Origin: Mobula hypostoma
Lineage: Eukaryota
Assembly (NCBI RefSeq): GCF_963921235.1
Contig: NC_086097.1
Coordinates: 238,578,001 to 238,642,000 of the forward strand
DNA: 64,000 nt
Direction of reading: 5' to 3'
Below the pieces are notes generated by a model. That model did not search any database and had not been told where the DNA came from. It saw nothing but the letters and a program-made list of their open reading frames with translations. This document shows, one piece after another, positions 26,041 to 38,055 of the stretch. Position 1 is the stretch's first letter. Each line of letters begins with the position of its first letter. Both the position numbers and the translations under genes were made by a program.

Positions 26041-26492
26041 AGGCTGGTTTATACTTGTGCGTCAAATGCCGTAGGGTGACGCGCACCTCCCCAAAAATGT
26101 AACTCACGCGTCATAGCGACGCAGACTGCAACAACTGTGATTGGTCCACTTGGTAGCATCGCATTTCCTCATACGCATTTCTGGTTGCTTTTCTCCTCCA
26201 TGTCTGTACGCTGATGCGAAATAAATGGTTGAAGACGATGAACCGAATTGTCAAGTCTACCTGCCGACATCCGAAAATATCTGAAATGCATTTCCTCGTC
26301 CATGTCTCTCATGAAGAAACTCAACACAGTGGCATAGAAACCCCACCACCAACTAGCATTTTGGCGGTGAATTGCAGGGCAATGCAGACACAACTACGCA
26401 TGCTCGCTATGGCGTAGGGCTACTCAAAAGTATAAATCAGGCCTACTGTGTAGGCTGCAGCATAGCCCGTACGCACAAGTATAAATCAGCCT
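26041..26492. mobile_element. PIF/Harbinger-like MITE
   Basis: 22-bp TIR AGGCTGGTTTATACTTGTGCGT / ACGCACAAGTATAAATCAGCCT (1 mismatch), flanked by TAA and TTA; CpG-rich interior; no transposase. Confidence 0.75.
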
Positions 26493-27714
26493 TTACTAAG
26501 TTGTTTGTTAACTTTGAAGTGCTTAGAACAAGCTGAGATTCTGAACTCTCTGTATAAATGCAGTTCAGCTCTTACGTAAATTAAATCCTGTGGACCACAC
26601 AGCCATTGACATAATTTGGGTAGAAAGATTAAAGATTAGCTTTATTGCTCACATGTACATTGAAACATTGAAACATACTGCAGTGGCTATTCAAACAACC
26701 AACATCGCTTGAAGACTAGGCAGAAGGGGATGGGGGAATTAATCCTGGTTGACGCTACATTTTGTCATCAAGATAGATATCACCTCAACCTACTCCCTAG
26801 TTCTAAACTAATCAGAATGACTCTAAAAGACATCAACAGGTAATTAAAACTCTTCACTTCCACTCGGACCCCACCCATGTGACTAACTATCATAATAACC
26901 GTGCAACACAGAATACAGTGCAGATAGAAAACAGATGCATGGCTGCTTCACATACAATGAAATGCACGATTTGTGTCAACGACCAACACCCTCCGAATAT
27001 GTGCTGGGGGCAGCCCGCAAGTGTTGCCATGCTTCCAGTGCACATAACTTACTGACCTGTACAGCTTTGGAATGCGGGTGGAGACCGGAGCAAATCCCTG
27101 TGGTTCACGAGGAGAATATACAAATTCCTTACAGACATCAGCAGGAATTGAACCCCAATTGCTTGCACTGTAAACCATAACACTAGCTGCTACACCTCTG
27201 GGCTGCCCTTTTCTGCAAGAGTACAATGATTAAGGTGTCATTTCACAAATAGAGTTGTGGAACATCACAACATTTTGAACTTCGAAAACAGCCACCCTTC
27301 CAATACTGTCTATACTGAAAACAGCAGCATAATCTAAACCTCTCCACCTCAGAAACTTTCTCTTCTCCCCTCTTCTGTTGGCAGAAGGTACAATAGCCTA
27401 AAGGCACATATGGGACTGCTTCTATCCAGATGTTATAAGTGTTTTCTTAAAACAATAAGTTTGATTCTTAACCTCACAATCTATCTCATTATGATATTGC
27501 ACATTGTTGTTTACCTGTACTGCGCTTTCTCTGTAACTGTAACATTTAAAAGATGCAAATAAAGTTGAAAAACTACGGAGAAAACGTACAAGGATGTTGT
27601 CAGGGCCAGAGGACCTGAGTTACAAGAAGGGTTTGAATTGGTTAGGACCTTATTCCTTGGAACATAGAAGATTGAGGAGAATTTTGTTAGAGGTATACAA
27701 AATTTGTCAGGACT

Positions 27715-28390
27715 TTAGATTAGATTTTTTTTTAAGATTATGAGGACAGTCAGTCCTCATTTATTGTCATTTAGAAATGCATGCATGCATTAAGAAATGA
27801 CACAATGTTCCTCCAGAGTGATATCACAAAAAAAACAGGACAAACCAAAGACTAACACTGACAAGACCACATAATTATAACATATAGTTACAGCAGTGCA
27901 AAGCAATACCATAATTTGATAAAGAACAGACCATGGGAACGGTAAAAAAAAAGTCTCAAAGTTACGATCGACTCCCGATAGTCCCCAATAGCAGGCGGCA
28001 GAAGGGAGAAACTCTCTCTGCCATAAACCTCCAGGCACCGACAACTGTCGATGCATTGGAAGCACCAGACCCCAGCCGACTTTGAGTCCGTCCGAAAACT
28101 TTGAGCCTCCGACCAGCCCTTCGACATCGAGCACCATCTCTGCCGAGCATTTCGAACCTCGTCCCAGCCGCCGAGCAACAAGCAAAGCCAAGGATTCGGG
28201 GCCTTCCCCTTCAGAGATTCAGGATCACACAGTAACAGCGGCAGCGAAAAAGGCATTTCAGAAGTTTCCTCTGTTCTCTCAAGTCTGTCTCCATCAAATC
28301 AGGATTGTGCATGGCATCCTACTTGACAGATTACAAATATCATTCACTGGAGTGGCCGCGCAAGCTGTGTCACGCTGCCATCTTCTCCTC
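27715..28390 (-). mobile_element. Non-autonomous retroposon with LINE-type 5' start and 3' tail
   Basis: Minus strand starts AAGATGGCAGCG, GC-rich body, no RT, ends in (tctaa)n; its 3' end matches the arms of the 52863-53030 palindrome. Confidence 0.65.
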
Positions 28391-28404
28391 TTTACTAAAA
28401 TTAT

Positions 28405-28816
28405 TCTATTATTCCTCAGAACATAGAAGACTGAGGGGAGATTTTATAGAGATATACAAAATTATGAGTGGTATAGATTGGGTAAATACTAGTAGACTTT
28501 TTCCACTGAGGTTGGGTGGGACTATAATTAGAGGTCATGGGTTAAGGGTGAAAGGTGAAAATTTTAAGAGGAACACAAGGGGAAACTTCTTCACTCTGCA
28601 GGTCATCAGAGTGTGGAACAAGCTGGAAAGGCAAGTGGTGCAGGCAAGCTTGATTTCAATGTTTAAGAGAAGTTTGGATGGGTACATGGACGGTAAAGGT
28701 ATGGAGGGCTATGGTCCTGGTGCAGGTCGATGGGTGAAGGCAGTTCAAATGATTCAACATGGACTAGGTGGGCCAAAGGGCCTGTTTCTGTGCTGTGTTT
28801 TTCTATGACTCTATGA
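28405..28816 (+). mobile_element. CR1 3' fragment
   Basis: RRLRGDFIEIYKIM..RGHGL..FFTLQVIRVWNKL motifs; ctatgactctatgac tail. Confidence 0.85.
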
Positions 28817-29648
28817 CTTTATTGTGCATTCTGTCGTTTTATCTTTTTCAAACTCAGTGCACTCTGTAATCACCTGATCTGTATGAACTGTTTGCAAGAG
28901 AAACTTTTCACTGTATTTTGTACATGGGACAATAATAATCCAATTTCAATTAAATGTAATCTGTTGTCGAGGATCTTAACACTTAAGTGCATTGTAACCT
29001 GTCCATCTTTGCATTAGTTCATACCTTAAAAAGTGACGATTGTTTCAAAGGTCTGTGAGACTCACTCAGAACAAACAATATTGTTTTAAGATTGTTTGTA
29101 TTCCTGAATATGTTAACGTAGATGTTTTAAAACCCCAGTCAACAATCCTGGTTGTTTTAGACCCCCTTAAAACAAGCCACAACTCTCTGATAAAGTTCTG
29201 CTTTAAAGTGAGCTTCAAATACTACCTGTTTAGGATTTGCCCAAGGGATGTCACATCAGGTCTTGCACATCAACGGGCAATAATGCTTCTTCCCAGGTCA
29301 TCCACCCGGAGGACCCAGGACAAATGTTTTGTAAGTGTGTAAAAGACTTGCTTATTTATTTTAATTGATAGGGTTCTATGTGAGACCTGCCACTGGTCAG
29401 AGTTGACCATTTATGTTGCATCCCAGCTGTCTAGGTAATACATAAGCCAAGTTAGTATTACATGGAGAGCAGGCTATTGCCCATGTGACAAGCTCCCCCC
29501 TCTCCATGCATCTGATGAGCCCAAAGGAACAACAGAGACTGATACAGTTTGGGACCAGCGGTGTCACAGGAGTTCCTTGTCAGTGGTGAAGTCAACGTAG
29601 GACTGCCTTAGAGACTCCAGCTCTGGATTATTCCTCGTGGTTTACTCT

Positions 29649-29904
29649 TAGTCATAGTCATAGTCATACTTTACTGATCCCTGGGGAAATTGGTTTTCGT
29701 TACAGTTGCACCATAAGTAATTAAGTAGTAATAAAACCATAAATAGTTAAATAGTAATATGTAAATTATGCCAGGAAATAAGTCCAGGACCAGCCTATTG
29801 CTCAGGGTGTCTGACCCACCAAGGGAGGAGTTGTAAAGTTTGATGGCCACAGGCAGGAATGACTTCCTATAACGCTCTGTGTTGCATCTCGGTGGAATGA
29901 GTCT
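29649..29904 (-). mobile_element. Rex-type LINE 3' end nested in the RTE-like repeat at 29390-30215
   Basis: Near-identical to 6627-6885; (tatgac)n tail. Confidence 0.85.
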
Positions 29905-31554
29905 GATAGCCTTCCCCACGAGTGGGTATAGCTGCAAGACTGCAGAGGTTTGAGATCAGAGTTTTCCTTCTCCTCGATGAGTTGCCAACCAAGTTTGACG
30001 AGCCTCATCCGCCCACAGCAACTGGTTTTACTGTGCCGGTAACCCATCTTTCCCCTTTCTCCTGTCAATAGTAACAGTTCCACCGAGCTTAGTAGCTCAG
30101 CTACGTGTGAAGATCAACAGCTGTACTTGGCTGTCAGAAGCTATTTCTGTCACATGACATTGGAAACATTTAATAGGGAGAGAGATCTACCACCCCCAGC
30201 TATGACAAACTTAAAGAACCAAAGCTGTGTACCACTATTATTCAGAATCAGGTTTATTATCACCAGCATGTGACGGGAAATTTGTTAACTTATGTAGATG
30301 CATAAGTTTATTGTTAATTTACAATCAGATTTCATATGTATTAAATTTACTGAATATTGACTGAGAAAAATTATTTAAATTAATGACTAAACACAGAAGA
30401 TGAAGAAAGTCAAAAGAATATTATACATATCCCAAAGAATGGTTGACACAAAGACTAATAAGTAACAAAGATGCAAGTGATTACGTTAACACATCTCTGG
30501 AAACATGATGTCAGATGTGAATGTGAGATAAAAGATGTATACTTTATAATCCATGCATGGCAAAATAATTTCTAATCCACTTTATTATTTCCCGATTAAG
30601 GAGTCCTGATGAAGAGTCTTGGCCCAAAACATAGACTGTTTATTCCCCTTCATAGCAAGCCTGACTTGCTGAGTTCCTCCATCATTTTGTGAGCGCTGCC
30701 CAAGATTTCCAACGTCTGCAGAAACCCTTATGTCTATTATTCCCTTTCACCAATTCCAGTAGAAGTGATTGAGTTATCAAATGAATGACTGTAATCTGGT
30801 ACTTAATAATCAAACAAATTATAGCAAGTTCACCATCATATAAATTTGAAAAAAACAACTAATTGCTTGGTTCATTAGAGCATTGGGTATAAACAGTACT
30901 TCAGCTTCCAGAGTTTTGCTAAAAGTAAATCCGGTTAATTAATAATTATTTTCCCTCTTCCGCAGTAACTCTGACAATGATCACTTGTGGTAAAATTGTG
31001 TGCATTTTACAGGATTTTCTGTAAAATTTGAATGGAGGATGTTGGTGGGCCATCTGGCAATGTAAAATATTGCCACGCATGATATCCTGTTTACAACACC
31101 ACGCTAATTCCTCTGATACTTTCTAATTACCTCAGTCAAAAAATGCAGCTGCAGCTACACCACTTAAGTCTGTTTTAAACAGCACACATATTGTGCATTT
31201 AGATGCCGAAGAACGTTGCCAAGTGTTTTGCACTTTTTTCTGGCTGCAGAAATGTAGGAAAACAGGGCTGTGAATCTTCACACTATGCGATCCCATGAGC
31301 ATTGCTGGAAACCAAACTTCCAATGATTTTACTTGTGGGATGAACAATGGTCACAAGGTAAAGGGGAACTCGCCTGCTTGTCTTTGAATAGACAGTCATG
31401 ACTGCTCAATTGGAAAGAGAGATGGACTCTCAACTTAAGTTGTCAACAGAAAGATAGCACATCCAACAATGCAGAACCTACCTATCAAACTGGACTACCA
31501 GCACTGGTTATCTGGGTAAAGTCATGGCTTTAATCATAGCATAGCCTCAAGGCA

Positions 31555-32245
31555 GAATATAGGGTTAATGTCAGGATTCTCGGCAGTGTGGAAGAAGAGA
31601 GGAATCTAGGGGTTCACACACGTAGATCAATCAAAGTAGTTAAGAAGGTGCATTGTGTGCTGACCTTCATTATTTGGGGGATTGAGTTCAAGAGCCACAA
31701 AGTAATATTGTAGCTCCATAGAACCTTGGTTAGACCACACTTGAAGTATTGTGTTCAGTTCTGGTTGCTTCATTATAGGAAGGACGTGGAAGCTTTGGAG
31801 AGAGTGCAGAGGAGATTTACCATAGTGCTGAATGGGTTAGACAGAATGTTGTATGGGGATTAGTTGAGTGAGCTAGATCTTTTCTTTTTGGAGAGGAGGA
31901 CAAGAGGTGTACAAGATGACAGGAGGCACAGATCGGGTGAACAGCCAGTGCCTTTTTCCCAGAGCAGAAATAGCACATTCAAGGGGATATAACTTTAAGG
32001 TGTTGGGAGGAAAGTATAGGAGGATGGTTTTGTACAAAGAGAGTTGTGGGTGCATGGAACTCGCTGCCTGGGTTGGTGGTAGAGGCAGATACATTAGGAA
32101 CGTTTAAAAGACTCTTAGATAGACATACGGATGAGATAAAAATGGAGGGCTACGTGGGAGCGAATGTTAGATTGAACTTGGAGTAGGATAAAGGATTGAT
32201 GAACAGTTGATGAACCTGTACTGTGCTGTACTGTTGTATGTTCTT
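31555..32245 (+). mobile_element. CR1 3' fragment
   Basis: LVRPHLKYCVQFW..YRKDVEALERVQRRFT motif. Confidence 0.8.
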
Positions 32246-35200
32246 TAGTACAGAGATGCAAAACATCACAGTGAGTTAGTTCTCGTACCAAAGGACCTCA
32301 TTTAGCAAGTGTCTTGGTGCTTTAGTTTTCATTCAGCTGCAATAATGCCCTGAATCTGATAGGAAGATATCATAGTCGCAGGGTATCCCAATGCTGATGT
32401 TGAGCTTCTGAGTAAACGAGCTGCATGTTTGCATAACATAGCATTTTGTCACCATAGAGTCTCTTTGAGTCTCTTTCAGATTCAAGTTCAGCTTTGGCTC
32501 AGTAGATAACATAGTGTAGAGCTTGGCGCAAATGCTTTACAGCATCAGCTGTAAGATCAGGGTTCGAGTCACACCACTGTCTGTGAGGAATTTGCACTTC
32601 CTCTCCTTGACCATCTGTGTTTCCTCCAGGTTCACCAAACATTCCAAAGATGAATGGGTAAAGTTACGTTGTTAGGTTGGCACCTGAAGTGCAGCGACAC
32701 TTTCCCAGCATAATCCTTGCTGATTGGATTTGATGCAAGCACCATAATTGATTATACACGTGACAATTAAACCTAATTTAACTAAAATAAGATGCCATCT
32801 CTTACAATGAATTCTCTGAGGCCTCTGTTGATCGGGGTTGACCGTGGATATTGTGTTATAGCTGCCAAGATGAGCAAGTCATTGCAGCACAATCAAGCTG
32901 TCGCCCATGTGGCAAGATCCCTCTATTCACATGTCTGATGAATCCAAAGGAATTCCAGCTCCAGATTTTTCCGTCAGAGTTTACTCCTGAAACTTTCCCC
33001 GTGAGTGGGTTTAGCTGCAAGGCAGTGGAGGTTTGAGATCAGAGTTTTCCTTCTCCTAGATGAACCACCAAACATGGCTGAAAATCCCCTGTCTGCCTGA
33101 AGCAAGGGTTTGAAGACTGGAGTAAAAAGGTTAATAAAATAAACAGTACAAAAAAAGATGATGAAGGACCTTGGCCCGAAACGTCGACCAAACTCTTTTC
33201 CATAGATGCCGTCTGGCCTGCTGAGTTCCTCCAACATTTTGTGTGTGTTGCTTGAAAACCAGTGAGGTAGCGTCCAGGGGTTCAATGCCCATTCAGAAAT
33301 TGGATGGCGGAACAGATGAAGCTATTCCTGAATGGTTGAGTGTGTGACCTCAAGCTCCTGTGCCTCCTCCCTGAGTAGCAATGAGAAGAGGGTAGGTCCC
33401 GGAACTGAAGCCTTCAACTTCTTATGATGCAAATATACCATGGTACAATGTTCCTTCATATGAAGCTATGCAACCAAAGGCCCATATTAAAAGACCCGGG
33501 GGGGTGGGGGGGGTGGAAATTAACCATCTGAAAGTCTGCTCAACTAGAATTTGCTTTGTTATGTTATTACCAAAGTTGTAAGTAAATTAATGAGGAATTA
33601 TGCCATAAATGTCTATTCTATCAATTTGAAATTTCCTTTGAATTGTTTCTGTCTATTTTATTGACATTGCTTATCTACTAAGCCTAATTATTTCTGCCAT
33701 AATCCACCAAAGTTAACATCATCTCTGAACAATATTTCATAGATGGCTTCTTGAATGCAGATGACATTTCACCAATTTCCCTTTTATCTAATTGATTATG
33801 TTTGTTTTAGTGTTAAATAAAATCCATTTTTAATAATCCCATTATTGGCTTTCTATGGCTTTCTTGACAGTTATGTTGAATAAGGAACGGATCGACCTTC
33901 TTTCATTATCTGTTAAAATTGCTCAATTCCTTCATCTGCCAAGCATACAAAAAGCCTGCAGTCATTGTATTAAAAACACAAGGAAATATTATTTTTCACT
34001 TATCACAGCTGTATGCCCTTCCGTTGGTCGGGGTTAACCGTGATGTTGCATCCTAGCTATCATATGCCAGCCACGGCAGTATGATATTGAGAGCAAGCTG
34101 TTGCCTATGCAGACTTCCCCAGACTATGCCGCTGTTGAACCCAAAGGAATGGCAGAAGTTGATACAGTTTGTCATCAGTACTTCGCAGGATTAGTCAGTC
34201 AAAGTGGAACTCAATTTAGGGACTCCAGCTTGCATTTTTCCTTCTGATTTAATCCTAAGGCCTTCCCTAAGAGTGGGTATGGCCGCAAGGCAGTGAAGGT
34301 TTAAGATCAAAGTTTTCCTTCTCCTCACCGAGCTGCCAACCACAGTTGACGAGCCCCATCTGCCTGAAATGGCTGGTTTTAAGGCACCAGTATCCTGGCT
34401 TTGTCCCTTCTCCTGTCAGTAGAACAGTTCTGCCGGGCTTAGTAGCTAAGGCACACATGAAGGCCAGGAGCTGGACTTGGTTGTCAGAAGCTATTTGAGA
34501 AGCACACCATTGGGAGCATTTAATAGACAGTGGGAATTTATTCCAACTACTTCCCCCAGCTATGTCAACCTTAAGGAACCAAAGCTATGTGCCACTAATG
34601 TTGAAATTATACGCATAATTTTATAGTTACGTAATTTACAATAATACATTTCATGTGTATTGTATCAAAATTAGTGAATAATGACTGGGCAAAATTACTT
34701 ACATTTATGGCCAAACACAGAATATAAAGAAAATCAAAAGGCTATTATTCGTATCCCAAAGAATATTGACACAACAAATTAAAATTAACGAAGATGCAAG
34801 TGATTATGTTAACACGTCTCTGGGAACATGATGTCAGGTGAGGATGTGAGGTAAAGGATTAATACTCTAAATGCAAACCAACTTGTAATGAGTGCTATGA
34901 ACTATTCTGGATATCATCAGGAATGTTATTTTTTGTCATGTACTTATTTATTCATTTGTTGTCAGTTTTATTTATTTACTTACTTACTTATTTATTTAGA
35001 TATACAGTGTAGGACAGGCTGTTCTGGCCCAATGAGCCATACTCCCCAGAAATTCACCTACATACTTAACCCTAGCTTATTCAGGGACAATTTGCAATAA
35101 CGAATTAACGTACTAACGAGTACATCTTTGGACTGTGGTAGGAAACCAGAACACCCCTCAATTTTAAGAGGAACATGAGGGGGAACTTCTTCACTCCGAG

Positions 35201-36822
35201 TGTCATGCAAGAGGTGGAATGAGCTGTCAGCTTAAGTGGTGCATGCAAGTTCAGTTCCAACCTTTAAGAGAAGCTTGGGTAGGTACGTGGATGGCAGGGG
35301 TATGGAGGGCTATGATCCTGGTGCAGGTCGATGAGAGCAGGCAGTTTAAAATAGGCACAGACTAGATGGGCCAAAGGGCCTTTTTCTATGCTGTACCTTT
35401 CTATAACTCTAGAGGAAGACACCCAGAGGAAACCAACGTGCTCATGAGGAGAATGTACAAACTCCTTAAAGATGGTGTCAGAATTGAACACTGAACTCTG
35501 ACACGCTGAGCTGAGCATCACGCTAACCACATTATCATACCTCTGGAAACACAATATCAGATGAGAACATAAAATAGAAGACAAATATTTTAAATGCAAT
35601 CCAACTTGTAATCAAGGATTATGCTTTTATTCCGGTTTATCATCAAGAATGGATTTTTCGTAGTTACTTGTTGTCATTCATGACCCTGTCACTCAGAAAT
35701 TAATAAAGGTATTTGATGGAGGAGATGCAGTAAATATCCCTAGCACATGGGATAACAGATGGCATGGAACATATTCCATTGTGCTAACATATTGAGATGT
35801 TTGGAAAACAAAACACAAAATATATATCAATGTCACATCAATATTCAAGGTGTAAGGCTGCTTAGAAATATTCTCATATCCACCCCAACACATCTGTAGT
35901 TATCACTCATTAATAGGCAAGATCAGTCAACTAAATTAGTTAATAAGTTACCTCAAGTGTAAAAGAAAAGTACATAACATTAATCTTGGAATGATCCATT
36001 GAGAACAATCTCCAATGATACTGAAAAACTGGACAGTCAATAGCATCACAAACATGAGACAGTCTGCCAATGCTGTAAATCCAAGGCAACACGCACACAA
36101 AATGCTGGAGGAACTCAGCAGGTCAGGCAGCATCTATTTAAAAGAGTAAACAGTTGACATTTCAGGCTGAGACTCTTCATCAGAACTGGAAAAGAAGAGG
36201 AAAGACATCATCAAAGACCTCCACCATCCAGGTCATACTCTCTTCTCAGTACAGCAATCGGGCAGAAGGTGCAGAAGCCTTAGGTCCAAAACCTCAAGGT
36301 TCAGGGATAGTTATTACCTGATAACCATGAGACTCCTGAAATGACATGGAGAATTTCAGTTGACACTACTTGTGAGCTGATTCCACTCTCCTCTCCTATC
36401 AGATTCCTTCTTCTTCAGCTCTTGACCTTTTCCACCCTATCACATCTTAGCTTCTTACTTCATCAAATTTCCCCCCCCCCCACCCACCCACCTGGCTTCA
36501 CCTATCATCTTTCGGCTTGTACTCTCCCCCCCCCCCCCCGCCGCCCACAGCTTCTTATTCTGATCATGTTGAAAAACTGGACTATCACAGAAACTTAATG
36601 GTCAGTGCAATGTTTTTCCAGTGGCTAGCTGTAAGATTGGGGTTCAATTCCCACCATTGTCTGTATGTTCTGTCCATGACACTGTGGTTTCCTCTGGGTG
36701 CTCTGGTTTCCTCCAACATTTGAGTTTTAGGCCTGCTATGTTGGCGCTCGAAGCTTGGCGACACTTGTAGCCTGCCCAATACAAGCCTCAATGCACGTGA
36801 CAAATAAATCTAATCTTTTGGT

Positions 36823-36902
36823 CAGGGGTTCCCAACCTTTTTTATGCCATGGATCAATACCATTAAGCAAGCGGTCTGTGGACCCCAGGTTGGGAAACCC
36901 TG
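36823..36902. mobile_element. About 80-bp hAT-like MITE, copy 3
   Basis: TIRs CAGGGGTTCCCAACCT / AGGTTGGGAAACCCTG. Confidence 0.75.
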
Positions 36903-37289
36903 CTCCGGCCACGATGCGCCTTGTGTCTGCGAGCTTTGTGGCGATTTGCCCCGCTGTGCGATGAACTGAGATTAAGGCTATGGGCCTACTCTGGCTGCTT
37001 CCGGCTCCTCAACTCTGAAGTGACTCCATAATCTACAGAATCACTTCCAAGGAATTTACAAGCCGTGTTCTATTTATTTATTTATTTATTTATTTATTCG
37101 ATTGCACAAATAAATTGGCAGTCTTTGTATATGCACAGCTTCATAAATTCTATAGTATTTCTTTATTTTCTTGTATATGCCTGCAAGAAAATAAATCTCA
37201 AGAAAGTACTGTATATGATGACATTTACAGTAAAATATTTGATAATACTTTGACTCTCGTGCACCACAAGAAAAGAGGAAAAAGGCAAG

Positions 37290-38055
37290 GGTAAGATGGC
37301 TGCATGTTCAATTACAGCAGCTTCTACAGGGTCAACGAAAGGTGTGATTGTCCTTTTTAAACATTTTGTTTTACAATCGCATTAAGAACTTAAAGAACTG
37401 CAGGTCTATCCCATCAGCAAGCTGCTTGTTGGTGGAGAAACTGAAGGAGCTGGACTTGGCTCCACTAATGCTGCCTGTGTCAGAAAGGTGTTGGAGGAGC
37501 CGGTGCATGAAGGCAGTGTGCAGTCTAACAGTGAGAGATTATCTTATAGTCACTTTTCTTGTGATCGCGACACCCTGTTGGACGTTGTTTATGTAGAATG
37601 CTGGATGTCCAATTCACTGATTTATTGGCGGACGGCACAAGAGCTGCATGGCCTCTATCATAGCAAGGACTAGGCCTCAAGCCTTAGTGTTGCCTGTTTA
37701 CAGCTGCCCAAGTGAGAGGCGTCAGAGTCGGTGCACACCACCGGAAGCAGTGTGGCACAGCGGCACAGCATGCAAGCTGGAGTTTGTGCTGTTCCCCAGT
37801 ATTCGCTCGGTAGAAGCCAAGCTCCATTGTATTCAACTGCTGACTGCTGCAACATTCGTGGATTCAGAGAATTGGACTCTATATTTTTTTGTGTGACTGT
37901 ATTTTACTGCAAACTTATATGTGTTACACATGCTTTGTGCGGTGTGTGACTGTTGGCACTGTGTTTTGCGCCTTGGCCCCCGAGAAATGCTGTTTCATTT
38001 GACTATATTCATGGGTACTCATGTATGTTTGAATGACAATTAAACCTATACTGGA
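37290..38055 (+). mobile_element. Non-autonomous retroposon with Rex-type 3' tail
   Basis: Starts AAGATGGC; ends with a ccttggcccccgagaaatgctgtttc...atgacaattaaac 3' UTR like those at about 14500-14590 and 17570-17650. Confidence 0.5.

Noticed and set aside
31250..31357. Possible plus-strand exon (ctgcag...AAG/gtaaag)
   Set aside because: Stops in all three frames after the acceptor; at most a non-coding exon.
31425..31525. Possible ancient Deu-domain SINE remnant (also about 56150-56190)
   Set aside because: Similarity is too weak to support by eye.
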